DNA from: an uncultured Thermoplasmata archaeon | Lineage (GTDB): Archaea; Thermoplasmatota; Thermoplasmata; UBA10834 | Length of the DNA stretch: 64,000 nt | Direction: 5' to 3' | NCBI GenBank assembly: GCA_963719945.1 | Contig: CAVRDX010000001.1 | Span: forward strand, 704,001 to 768,000 | In this document: positions 10,036 to 17,702 of the stretch, piece by piece | How the letters are laid out: every line of letters starts with the position of its first letter | How positions within the stretch are numbered: position 1 is the first letter of the stretch | Position numbers and translations under genes: made by a program | The notes under the pieces: model-generated | The model's database searches: none | What the model saw: only the letters and a program-made list of their open reading frames with translations | What the model was told of the DNA's origin: nothing

Positions 10036-10239
10036 ATGAAGTGTCCGAATTGCGACCACATGAATGCCAGCTATTCATTATTCTGTGGGATATGTGGTGC
10101 AGAACTGATCACATTTGAGCGCAATGAAGCACCGAAAGCCATCGATCTAGAGAGCAGCGGAACGGGTTCGTCATCTTTCTTCGATCTGGCATGTTGGCTG
10201 TTTCTGGGCGTATTGGAATTCGCTTCGGGATTCCTATGA
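10036..10239 (+). CDS. Zinc-ribbon protein with hydrophobic C-terminus
   Basis: MKCPNCDHMN....FCGICGAEL. Confidence 0.7.
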   Translation: MKCPNCDHMNASYSLFCGICGAELITFERNEAPKAIDLESSGTGSSSFFDLACWLFLGVLEFASGFL

Positions 10240-10372
10240 ATTCGATTACATCATATGCAATAACTCGTTGATTCAGGCTTCCATTTGACAATGGGAACGG
10301 AATCACGTATTATCGAAAATCTGGCAATATATGGATGAACCACCGCGTCAATAGTATCGTGAGGAGGAGAAA

Positions 10373-10534
10373 ATGGCCCAACAAATAACCATCCAGCCAC
10401 CACATGATGATGTAGCAAATCTCGAATACGATAAGGGTGGGCGCTTCCGAATGAGCGGACGTGGCGCCATCGCACTATTGATCATAATCACGCTATTGTT
10501 GGTAGCATACTGGATCCTCGATCAGATGCTATAG
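10373..10534 (+). CDS. Unannotated 53 aa protein with C-terminal TM helix
   Basis: GAGGAGGAG ribosome-binding site then ATG; MAQQITIQPPHDDVANLEYDKGGRFRMSGRGAIALLIIITLLLVAYWILDQML. Confidence 0.7.
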   Translation: MAQQITIQPPHDDVANLEYDKGGRFRMSGRGAIALLIIITLLLVAYWILDQML

Positions 10535-10614
10535 TCCACCCAAGAGTCAGCGTGAGTCATTTCAATCAGATCAGAAAGAATCATGAAATATGAGATCATT
10601 CGGCATTTGATAAG

Positions 10615-11019
10615 ATGGATATCAGAAACTCCGTCGCAACCTATTCGATAATAATCGGAATCATGATGGCAGCAATGTGGTCAGTGTTCGCCTTGACAGA
10701 CCAGATACCGGAATTCGAATCCAGCCCTCTTGAGATATCTTTCCATCTAGCAGCAGAACTGACGACCGCATTCGCATTGATACTTGGAGGAGTGACCATT
10801 GCGACAAGGAAGCATTGGGGATATTCAGTCAACATGATCGGATTAGGCATGCTGGCTTATACCGTGATAGTCAGCCCGGGCTACTATGCTGAATCAGGAG
10901 AGTTCGCATTCGTGGCCATGTTCGTGGTCTTGATGATTCTGACCCTTCTGTTCATCGTGATCTCCATCGTGAGGAAGGAGGATTTCCGTACAGAGAAGCT
11001 CGGTAGCGCAAATACGTGA
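10615..11019 (+). CDS. Four-TM hypothetical membrane protein
   Basis: Four hydrophobic helices; FHLAAE and VSPGYY motifs. Confidence 0.8.
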   Translation: MDIRNSVATYSIIIGIMMAAMWSVFALTDQIPEFESSPLEISFHLAAELTTAFALILGGVTIATRKHWGYSVNMIGLGMLAYTVIVSPGYYAESGEFAFVAMFVVLMILTLLFIVISIVRKEDFRTEKLGSANT

Positions 11020-11090
11020 ATACGCGGTGGATTGATCAGCTCTTATGCAAAATCGGCGAAAGGATATTCTCATCCCGAACCCCAATACGG

Positions 11091-11498
11091 ATGTTGATGA
11101 CAGAAGAGGTGGAAGTATCCGACGAGGAGTTGAGACGCAGACTGACTCCGAAGAGGTACAAGGTGCTCAGAGAAAAGGGAACTGAGGCACCATTTTCAGG
11201 TGAATTGCTTTACAATAAGAGGAATGGAAAGTACCTATGTGCCACTTGTGGGAACCAGCTTTTCGGATCTGAGACCAAGTACGATTCTGGATCAGGATGG
11301 CCCAGTTTCTGGGCACCTCTGTCAGAAGAGAGCATCGCAGAGACAGAAGATAATTCGATAGAACTGAGACGCACGGAACTTGTCTGCAGCAAATGCGGAA
11401 GCCATCTAGGTCATGTGTTCGATGATGGCCCTGCACCGACGGGAAGAAGGTACTGCATCAACTCGCTATCTCTCGACTTCGAAGAATCGAAGAAGTAA
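11091..11498 (+). CDS. msrB: Peptide methionine (R)-sulfoxide reductase
   Basis: GTEAPFSG, KYDSGSGWPSF, HLGHVFDDGP, RYCINS; two CxxC. Confidence 0.95.
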   Translation: MLMTEEVEVSDEELRRRLTPKRYKVLREKGTEAPFSGELLYNKRNGKYLCATCGNQLFGSETKYDSGSGWPSFWAPLSEESIAETEDNSIELRRTELVCSKCGSHLGHVFDDGPAPTGRRYCINSLSLDFEESKK

Positions 11499-11565
11499 AG
11501 ATCCTTTTAACAGAATTAATAGAGAACTAGGAAATGGTTTCTGTCGCACTGAACGGGTGAACAGA

Positions 11566-13056
11566 TCATCCGCCTGGTGACGAGGTACCGATCTTCAGGA
11601 ACTCCTCTTCTTCCTTCAAAGCCTGCTCGAATATCTCGAAGCCTTTCTCCAGTTGAGCTTTAGATATGCAGAGCGGTGGGGCAATCCTGAAGACATTGCC
11701 GTAAAAGCCAGAAGTGATCGTCATCAGACCGGACCTCCAGCACTTACCTTGGATATTGGTCGCCTCGTGTGGTTCCTTCGTGTACTGGTTCTTGACCAAT
11801 TCGACTCCGATCATGAGACCTCGGCCACGCACATCACCGATGATCTCGCGGCGCAGAGACATCTCTTTGAGCAACTTCGTCGCGTACTCGCCGAGCTTCG
11901 CAGCCCTGTCCACGAGGTTCTCCTCGATGATGGCCTGGACATGTGCGAGTCCTGCAGCCATCGTGATCGCATTGCCACCGAATGTCGATGAATGAGAGCC
12001 TGGTCTCCACTTCCTCATTATGTCGTGCTTGGCGATTATGGCACCAAGGGGCACGCCGCCTCCAAGGGCCTTTCCCATCACGAGGATGTCCGGGACCGTG
12101 TTGAAATGCTCGCACGCGAACATCTTGCCAGTCCGCGCGAAACCAGTCTGAACCTCGTCCATGACGAGAAGTGCATTCTGGGCTTCGCATATCTTTTTCA
12201 GTTGCGGGAGGAACTCTTTAGGCGGCACGACATAGCCACCCTCGCCTTGGATAGGTTCCACGAAGATCGATGCGATCTGGTTAGTTGTGCCACCAAGCTG
12301 CAGGACCTGGTTCTCGAGATAATCCATGCACCACATGCCGCATTCCGGGTATGTCTGCTTGAAAGCACACCTGTAGCAATAGGCATATGGCGAGAATATT
12401 ATTCCAGGAGACATCGGGCCGTAACTGTACCTGAGCTTCAACTTGCTCGTCAGAGCGAGACCCGCGCCGACACGGCCGTGATATGAACCGAAGAATGCGA
12501 CATGCTCGCTCCTCTTCGTATGATATCTGGACAACTTGAACGCGGCTTCCACGGCCTCTGCACCGCTGTTGCCGAAGAACGTGCCCTTGAGAGCCTTGTT
12601 TGGAGATATCTCGTGCAATAGCTTCGCGAAGTACGCCTCCTTGTCGAAGTACGCATCGTTGGCCATCGAGTGGATGAGTTTTGCCGCCTGATCCTGGATA
12701 GCCTTTGTGACCTTGTAATGGGTCCATCCTGCGTTCTGAACAGCAATTCCTGACGAGAAATCGAGCAGAACGTTCCCGTCGGCATCCATTACAGCTGCGC
12801 CGGATGCCCTGTCGATAGTGAACGTGAAACACCGGTCGTATGCATATGATACGTAGTCCCGGTCAATCTTGATGATCTCTTTGCTCTTTGGACCTGGAGC
12901 CCTGATTGATATCTTAGGTGCGTCCCTTGCCCAGGAGGCAACCCAACTCGGCAGAGGGAACTCCTCCGCTTGGGCTTTCGCCTGCTCCTCACTTTCAATG
13001 GATTTCGTCTGCTTGATCGGTTCTGCGACCGACTCATCCTCCACCATTTCACTCAT
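11566..13056 (-). CDS. Class III PLP aminotransferase (GABA/ornithine/putrescine transaminase-like)
   Basis: NSGAEAVEAA, EPIQGEGG, DEVQTGFARTG, GKALGGG, HSSTFGGN. Confidence 0.92.
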   Translation of the reverse strand: MSEMVEDESVAEPIKQTKSIESEEQAKAQAEEFPLPSWVASWARDAPKISIRAPGPKSKEIIKIDRDYVSYAYDRCFTFTIDRASGAAVMDADGNVLLDFSSGIAVQNAGWTHYKVTKAIQDQAAKLIHSMANDAYFDKEAYFAKLLHEISPNKALKGTFFGNSGAEAVEAAFKLSRYHTKRSEHVAFFGSYHGRVGAGLALTSKLKLRYSYGPMSPGIIFSPYAYCYRCAFKQTYPECGMWCMDYLENQVLQLGGTTNQIASIFVEPIQGEGGYVVPPKEFLPQLKKICEAQNALLVMDEVQTGFARTGKMFACEHFNTVPDILVMGKALGGGVPLGAIIAKHDIMRKWRPGSHSSTFGGNAITMAAGLAHVQAIIEENLVDRAAKLGEYATKLLKEMSLRREIIGDVRGRGLMIGVELVKNQYTKEPHEATNIQGKCWRSGLMTITSGFYGNVFRIAPPLCISKAQLEKGFEIFEQALKEEEEFLKIGTSSPGG

Positions 13057-13059
13057 CCC

Positions 13060-13494
13060 TTATTCCTCCCGAGACGGATCGAGAGTCAATGCACCTGTCT
13101 GGCACGCCTTGACGCATTTGGCTTCGCCCAGACACATATCACACATATATGCAGTTTCTATCCCGAACTCTCCCTCGAAGAAGCACGCATCGTATGGGCA
13201 CCTAGGTATGCAGGCCATGCAAGCGAAGCATCTGTGCTCGTCGAGGGTCCAATACTTCTTGTCGCCATGGAACTCAATGAGGGCTGAGGGACAGACCTCG
13301 CTGGGAGGACATTCCTCGCAATGCACGCATACGGTCGCTTTGTACTTGTCCTCCGCCTTGGATATCTTGATACGAGAGCGATCAATCGCTACGCTAGACT
13401 TGTGCATTTCCTTACAGATCTTTTCGCATTCCAGGCATCCGTTGCACTTGTCGGAGTGGAACACTACCCCAAATTTCTTTTTCGCAGAGCCCAT
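13060..13494 (-). CDS. 4x[4Fe-4S] electron-transfer protein (DmsB/AorA-like)
   Basis: CNGCLECEKIC, CVHCEECPPSEVCP, CFACMACIPRCP, CDMC...CVKAC; AGGAGG upstream. Confidence 0.9.
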   Translation of the reverse strand: MGSAKKKFGVVFHSDKCNGCLECEKICKEMHKSSVAIDRSRIKISKAEDKYKATVCVHCEECPPSEVCPSALIEFHGDKKYWTLDEHRCFACMACIPRCPYDACFFEGEFGIETAYMCDMCLGEAKCVKACQTGALTLDPSREE

Positions 13495-13654
13495 CTATGT
13501 ACCCTCCTGAGTTGCCACACCCGTTGAAATGTTGAGTGCGCCGAGTCAGGGAGACTTACTCCTGCAGCTCTCCAGTAAGCCTCTGATACCATATATATTC
13601 TTGGAATCGGGGGTATTTGTAGCTTCCCTTCTTACAATTACCAGTCAGACTTTA

Positions 13655-13697
13655 TGAATAATATTCAATCGGACACGGTTAAAGCTTGAATAATTCA
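13655..13697. promoter_or_regulatory. Two related palindromes, putative operator sites
   Basis: TGAATA-A-TATTCA (13655-13667) and TGAAT-A-ATTCA (13687-13697) in the AT-rich region upstream of the aminotransferase unit. Confidence 0.45.
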
Positions 13698-13851
13698 CAA
13701 TTCGCTCATTTGTATCGATTGCCTTTCGACTACGGCAATATTGGTGGTGAAAAATAGTTATCATCTGCATTGATATATATTGTTGTCTATATTTTTATAC
13801 TCACATAGAATTGAATCGAGGCATTCGGTCCAGACATCAAAATAGAGAGTG

Positions 13852-13878
13852 AAAAGGCATCTGCAAAAGAAAGATGCC
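13852..13878 (-). terminator. Hairpin plus T-run downstream of AOR
   Basis: Minus strand GGCATCT-9 nt-AGATGCC followed by TTTT. Confidence 0.6.
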
Positions 13879-13893
13879 GAGTTTAAGTATCTT

Positions 13894-15741
13894 TCAGCGC
13901 AAATAGCTCAGTTTCGGTACGATATCCCCGAGACCAGCCTTTTCGAGTGTCTCTCTTGTCGGCTTGCCATCGGAATCCCATCCCCAGAGAGAATAGTACT
14001 CGGACAACATCCTCTCGAATGATTCCTTCGATACTGCCTTGCCCTGAGTCTTGCCAGATGGAAGAGGAGACTTCGCCATCTTATCTGGAAGCGTGTCATC
14101 CTTCCTCGCGAATCCTTCCCTGACATTGAATGCACGAGTAAGGTTCCATATCCTGCGGCCGAGAGTGCGAAGGTGTTCCTCGCTGGATGGCACGCCAGTC
14201 ACCGCACTGTAGTATTTCGCCATATTGGGGAAGTTCACACCGTAGAAGTCACAGAATATGAAACTCCATTTGATGCTGGTCCTCGTCTGATCCTCCACGC
14301 ATGTCGCTGCCTTTCCCTCCGGGTCCCAAGGATTCGCGCTGCCATAGGCATCGCCTGCGACAGGCCATGCACGCAGATGACAAGCGCCCCTGTCGGATGT
14401 CGCGTATGCAAGGGCCATTCCTATGCTGCCCCTGGGATCATACGCGGGATATTCCATCCCCTTGACTGCGACCACCATCGCTTCAGCGCCTTTGCCGATC
14501 TTCTGAGCGGCACGTTTGGTACCGTCGGCGAGCAATGCCCCGATGTTCTGCCTTCTGGCGATCATCGCAGGCATCTTGACATATGCTTCGGCATTGCCGA
14601 ACCTCATGTCCAGTCCTCCGAAGTCGTCCTTGGACAGAACCCCTTTCTCATAGAGCTCCATCGCCATTGCGACAGCGTTGCCGGTCGATATCGAATCCAG
14701 ACCCTCCCTGTCGCACTCCTCAACGAACTTGATCACTGCCTCTACATCCTTTATACCACAGTTGGACCCACACAGTCCCAGGGTCTCATACTCAGGGCCC
14801 TCGGAAGCGGAATCCTTGAAGATGCCGCTCCTCACCTTGGCCCATGTTCCGCATGCTAGTGCGCAATCGAAGCATGCCCTCTTACGAACGAAGACCCTTG
14901 ATTTGATCGCCTCGGAGTTGATGCCATCGTGTCCGTCGAAGGTACCATCGTTCCAGTTCCTCGTCGGAAGTATTCCAGCGTCATTACTCATCTCCACAAG
15001 GATCGGCGTGCCATCGGTGATCATCCCTGCGTGATCTGGATTATCCACGACATCAGTACGTATCATCTCTTTGGCCATCTTCAACAGGCCATCCATGTCC
15101 GGAACCTCGACGCCGAGGGAACCCTTTGCCGCGATGGCCTTTAGGTTCTTGGAACCGAAGACCGCACCTGTGCCACCCCGGCCAGCGTTCCTAGTGAGAT
15201 CGCTCGTGACGCTCGATATGAGGCCGACATGCTCGCCGGCCGGTCCGATGCTCGCGACCCTTGCCATCTTCTGCCCGGTCTCCTTCCGGACGATTTCCTC
15301 AGTCGCGTAAGTATCCTTACCCCAGAGGTTCTTGGCATCGCGTATCTCCACTCTGCCATCGTTGAGCCAGAGATAGACCGGTTTGGACGCCTTGCCCGTT
15401 ATGATCATACCGTCGAATCCAGAATACTTGATCTCCGGTCCGAAGAAACCTCCGGCATAGCTGTCCAGGAAAGTCCCGGTCAAAGGAGATTTGGTTACTA
15501 TGACATACCTGCTGGTCAGAGGGACCAGCGTGCCCACGAGTGGGCCTGTCCACACCGAGAGTATGTTCTCTGGTGAGAGTGGGTCTGTGCCAGGCTTGAG
15601 CTCCTCGAACAGATACTTGGCGCCGAGACCTTTCCCTCCAATATACTGCTTCGCCCACTCCTTGTTGAGTGGCTCGGTGGATATCTTCTCATTCGTCAGA
15701 TCGACTCTCAGAACCTTGCCAGTATATCCGTCAGCAGTCAT
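13894..15741 (-). CDS. aor: Tungsten-type aldehyde:ferredoxin oxidoreductase
   Basis: GKVLRVDLT, KSPLTG, SIGPAGE, AGRGGTGAVFGSKNLKAI, CFDCALAC, EYET, DRGACH. Confidence 0.93.
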   Translation of the reverse strand: MTADGYTGKVLRVDLTNEKISTEPLNKEWAKQYIGGKGLGAKYLFEELKPGTDPLSPENILSVWTGPLVGTLVPLTSRYVIVTKSPLTGTFLDSYAGGFFGPEIKYSGFDGMIITGKASKPVYLWLNDGRVEIRDAKNLWGKDTYATEEIVRKETGQKMARVASIGPAGEHVGLISSVTSDLTRNAGRGGTGAVFGSKNLKAIAAKGSLGVEVPDMDGLLKMAKEMIRTDVVDNPDHAGMITDGTPILVEMSNDAGILPTRNWNDGTFDGHDGINSEAIKSRVFVRKRACFDCALACGTWAKVRSGIFKDSASEGPEYETLGLCGSNCGIKDVEAVIKFVEECDREGLDSISTGNAVAMAMELYEKGVLSKDDFGGLDMRFGNAEAYVKMPAMIARRQNIGALLADGTKRAAQKIGKGAEAMVVAVKGMEYPAYDPRGSIGMALAYATSDRGACHLRAWPVAGDAYGSANPWDPEGKAATCVEDQTRTSIKWSFIFCDFYGVNFPNMAKYYSAVTGVPSSEEHLRTLGRRIWNLTRAFNVREGFARKDDTLPDKMAKSPLPSGKTQGKAVSKESFERMLSEYYSLWGWDSDGKPTRETLEKAGLGDIVPKLSYLR

Positions 15742-15746
15742 CAGGA

Positions 15747-16151
15747 TCACCTACTCAGGACGCCCTTGGGACATACCTCGACGCATTGAGGATTGCCATT
15801 ACACAGGTCACACTTGATCGAATAAGAGCCGGATGGGTCCAGCCAGCAACCATTGTACGGGCACACATCCACGCAGGCCCCACACGCAGTGCACTCATCC
15901 TTGTCGACATAGTAGATGCCGAGCGACTCGTTCAACTTTATCGCTTCGACAGGGCACGCCTCGACGCAGGGGTGCTCGTCACAGTGTGTGCAGTGATTCA
16001 TCCTGAACTCGCCTGGTTCTGGGAACACATCCTCAACATTGATCCGCGACTCACTCGGGTTGAACTTCCCCGTGTGGGATGCAGAGCATATGAGGGCACA
16101 CATCTGGCAACCAGTGCACTTATCGAGATCGGCTTTCAGGCCCTTACTCAT
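15747..16151 (-). CDS. 4x[4Fe-4S] protein, probable AOR small subunit
   Basis: Four Cys motifs; stop codon overlaps the AOR ribosome-binding site. Confidence 0.9.
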   Translation of the reverse strand: MSKGLKADLDKCTGCQMCALICSASHTGKFNPSESRINVEDVFPEPGEFRMNHCTHCDEHPCVEACPVEAIKLNESLGIYYVDKDECTACGACVDVCPYNGCWLDPSGSYSIKCDLCNGNPQCVEVCPKGVLSR

Positions 16152-16190
16152 TGGTTTCGTCCTCCTAACGTCAATTTCTCACCATTTACA

Positions 16191-16266
16191 GGATGATACC
16201 GGGGGCTCCGCTGATTCATGTTCGTTGTGTTCCGAAATCTGAACGCAACTCCCCAGGCACCAATCC
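16191..16266 (-). promoter_or_regulatory. Structured 5' leader of the ferredoxin-AOR unit (candidate cis-regulatory RNA)
   Basis: GGAU(U)GGUGCC-U-GGGG pairs with CCCC-C-GGUAUCAUCC and encloses hairpin GUUG-C-GUUC/GAAC-A-CAAC. Confidence 0.45.
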
Positions 16267-16560
16267 CCTAGTCTAATCGCGTCTTGAGAATGCAGGTCCG
16301 GCATTTAGTACTTGTCGGTTTTATTCACCAGCCAGCCTGAACAATTTCTAATAGTCACGATGAGCCAGACGCCCGGATGGATATGCTAGATAGAGCGTAT
16401 CGATGCACTGAGTCCTCAATCAAGTGATATAAATATTAATCAACGGATATTCAATGCGACCTTGATTCTATATCAATCAAGGACTTCCTGCAGAAATGAG
16501 GATTGCGCGTCCCTTGACGCTCAAAAAATAGTTATACGAATCAGTCCTAATGCGCAGAAC

Positions 16561-17334
16561 ATGATTGCCGAGGGCACCAAGGTCCTTCTGATAGACTCAC
16601 AGGAGAAGAGAGTCATCGTGACTGCATCGAGAAAGATCCTCGAGGTCGGTGCGCTCGGCGTGATCGATGGCAGCAAGGTCTGCGATTCCTCATTCGGAGA
16701 GAAGCTCAGCATAGGTGGACGCGATTTCCTTCTTGTTCGACCGAGTGTCAGGGATATCCTCCGCATTATCGAGAGGAGAGCACAGATAATGGTCCCGAAG
16801 GACAGCTTCCTGATACCGATGTATCTTGACCTGGGAGCCGGGAGCAAGGTCCTCGAAGCGGGCGTCGGCTCGGGTGCCCTGACTATCGTCTTGCTGAAAG
16901 CAGTCGCCCCCAGCGGAAAGGTCGTGTCATACGATTTGCGAGAGGACCACGCGGTGATAGCCAAGAAGAATGTCATGCTCACCGATAACGGTCCGATCTG
17001 GAATCTGAGGATAGGCGATATCTGCACCACGGAGCTGGAAAATGATTTCGACGCGGTCGTGCTGGACATGCCTAACCCATGGGACGCTCTGGAGAACGTG
17101 ACGGGAGCACTGACGATCGGCGGTCAGATATGCTGTTACGTCCCCAACACGAACCAGTTGCATAAGGCCGTCGCTAAGATGGAGGACTTGCGACTATCAG
17201 ACATCCATGCATTCGAGACATTGCAGAGGGAGATGATAGTCCACGAAGGGGGCGTACGACCAAGCTTCGATATGCTCGGCCATACGGGCTACATGGTGTT
17301 CTCAAGGAAGGTCAGAGCGGTCAGACCAGAATGA
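16561..17334 (+). CDS. trmI: tRNA (adenine-N1)-methyltransferase
   Basis: RRAQIMVPKD, LEAGVGSGALT, LDMPNPW, RPSFDMLGHTGY. Confidence 0.92.
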   Translation: MIAEGTKVLLIDSQEKRVIVTASRKILEVGALGVIDGSKVCDSSFGEKLSIGGRDFLLVRPSVRDILRIIERRAQIMVPKDSFLIPMYLDLGAGSKVLEAGVGSGALTIVLLKAVAPSGKVVSYDLREDHAVIAKKNVMLTDNGPIWNLRIGDICTTELENDFDAVVLDMPNPWDALENVTGALTIGGQICCYVPNTNQLHKAVAKMEDLRLSDIHAFETLQREMIVHEGGVRPSFDMLGHTGYMVFSRKVRAVRPE

Positions 17335-17454
17335 TGGACACGAGATAGAATGGGATTCACACCGTGATACCTTTGACCGATTGTACTCCATCCTTGCAGT
17401 CAGACCCCCTAAAGCTAAGTATACGCTTGTCTAATGCACCAGCGGTGAGCAGGG

Positions 17455-17694
17455 ATGGTTGTTGCTGAAGTCAGGGTCGAGCTCAAGAAGGGCGTTGCGG
17501 ACCCTGAGGGTAAGAACACACTCAAAGCACTGGAATTGCTGGGCTTCGAAGGCATCAAGGACGTCAAGAGCGTCAAGGTCTTCGAGATCGAGATGGACGG
17601 ATCCTCAAAGGATGTCGAGAAGAAGGTAGATGACATGTGCAGGAAGCTCATCGCCAACCCGGTCATCCACAACTACTCGATCACATTGAAGTGA
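17455..17694 (+). CDS. purS: FGAM synthase subunit PurS
   Basis: LKKGVADPEG, KLIANPVIHNY. Confidence 0.95.
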   Translation: MVVAEVRVELKKGVADPEGKNTLKALELLGFEGIKDVKSVKVFEIEMDGSSKDVEKKVDDMCRKLIANPVIHNYSITLK

Positions 17695-17702
17695 GGGACA
17701 GG

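Noticed and set aside
11091-11498. Possible selenocysteine in MsrB or pyrrolysine readthrough elsewhere
   Set aside because: MsrB has a normal catalytic Cys, and the recognised TAG/TGA-ended genes appear full length
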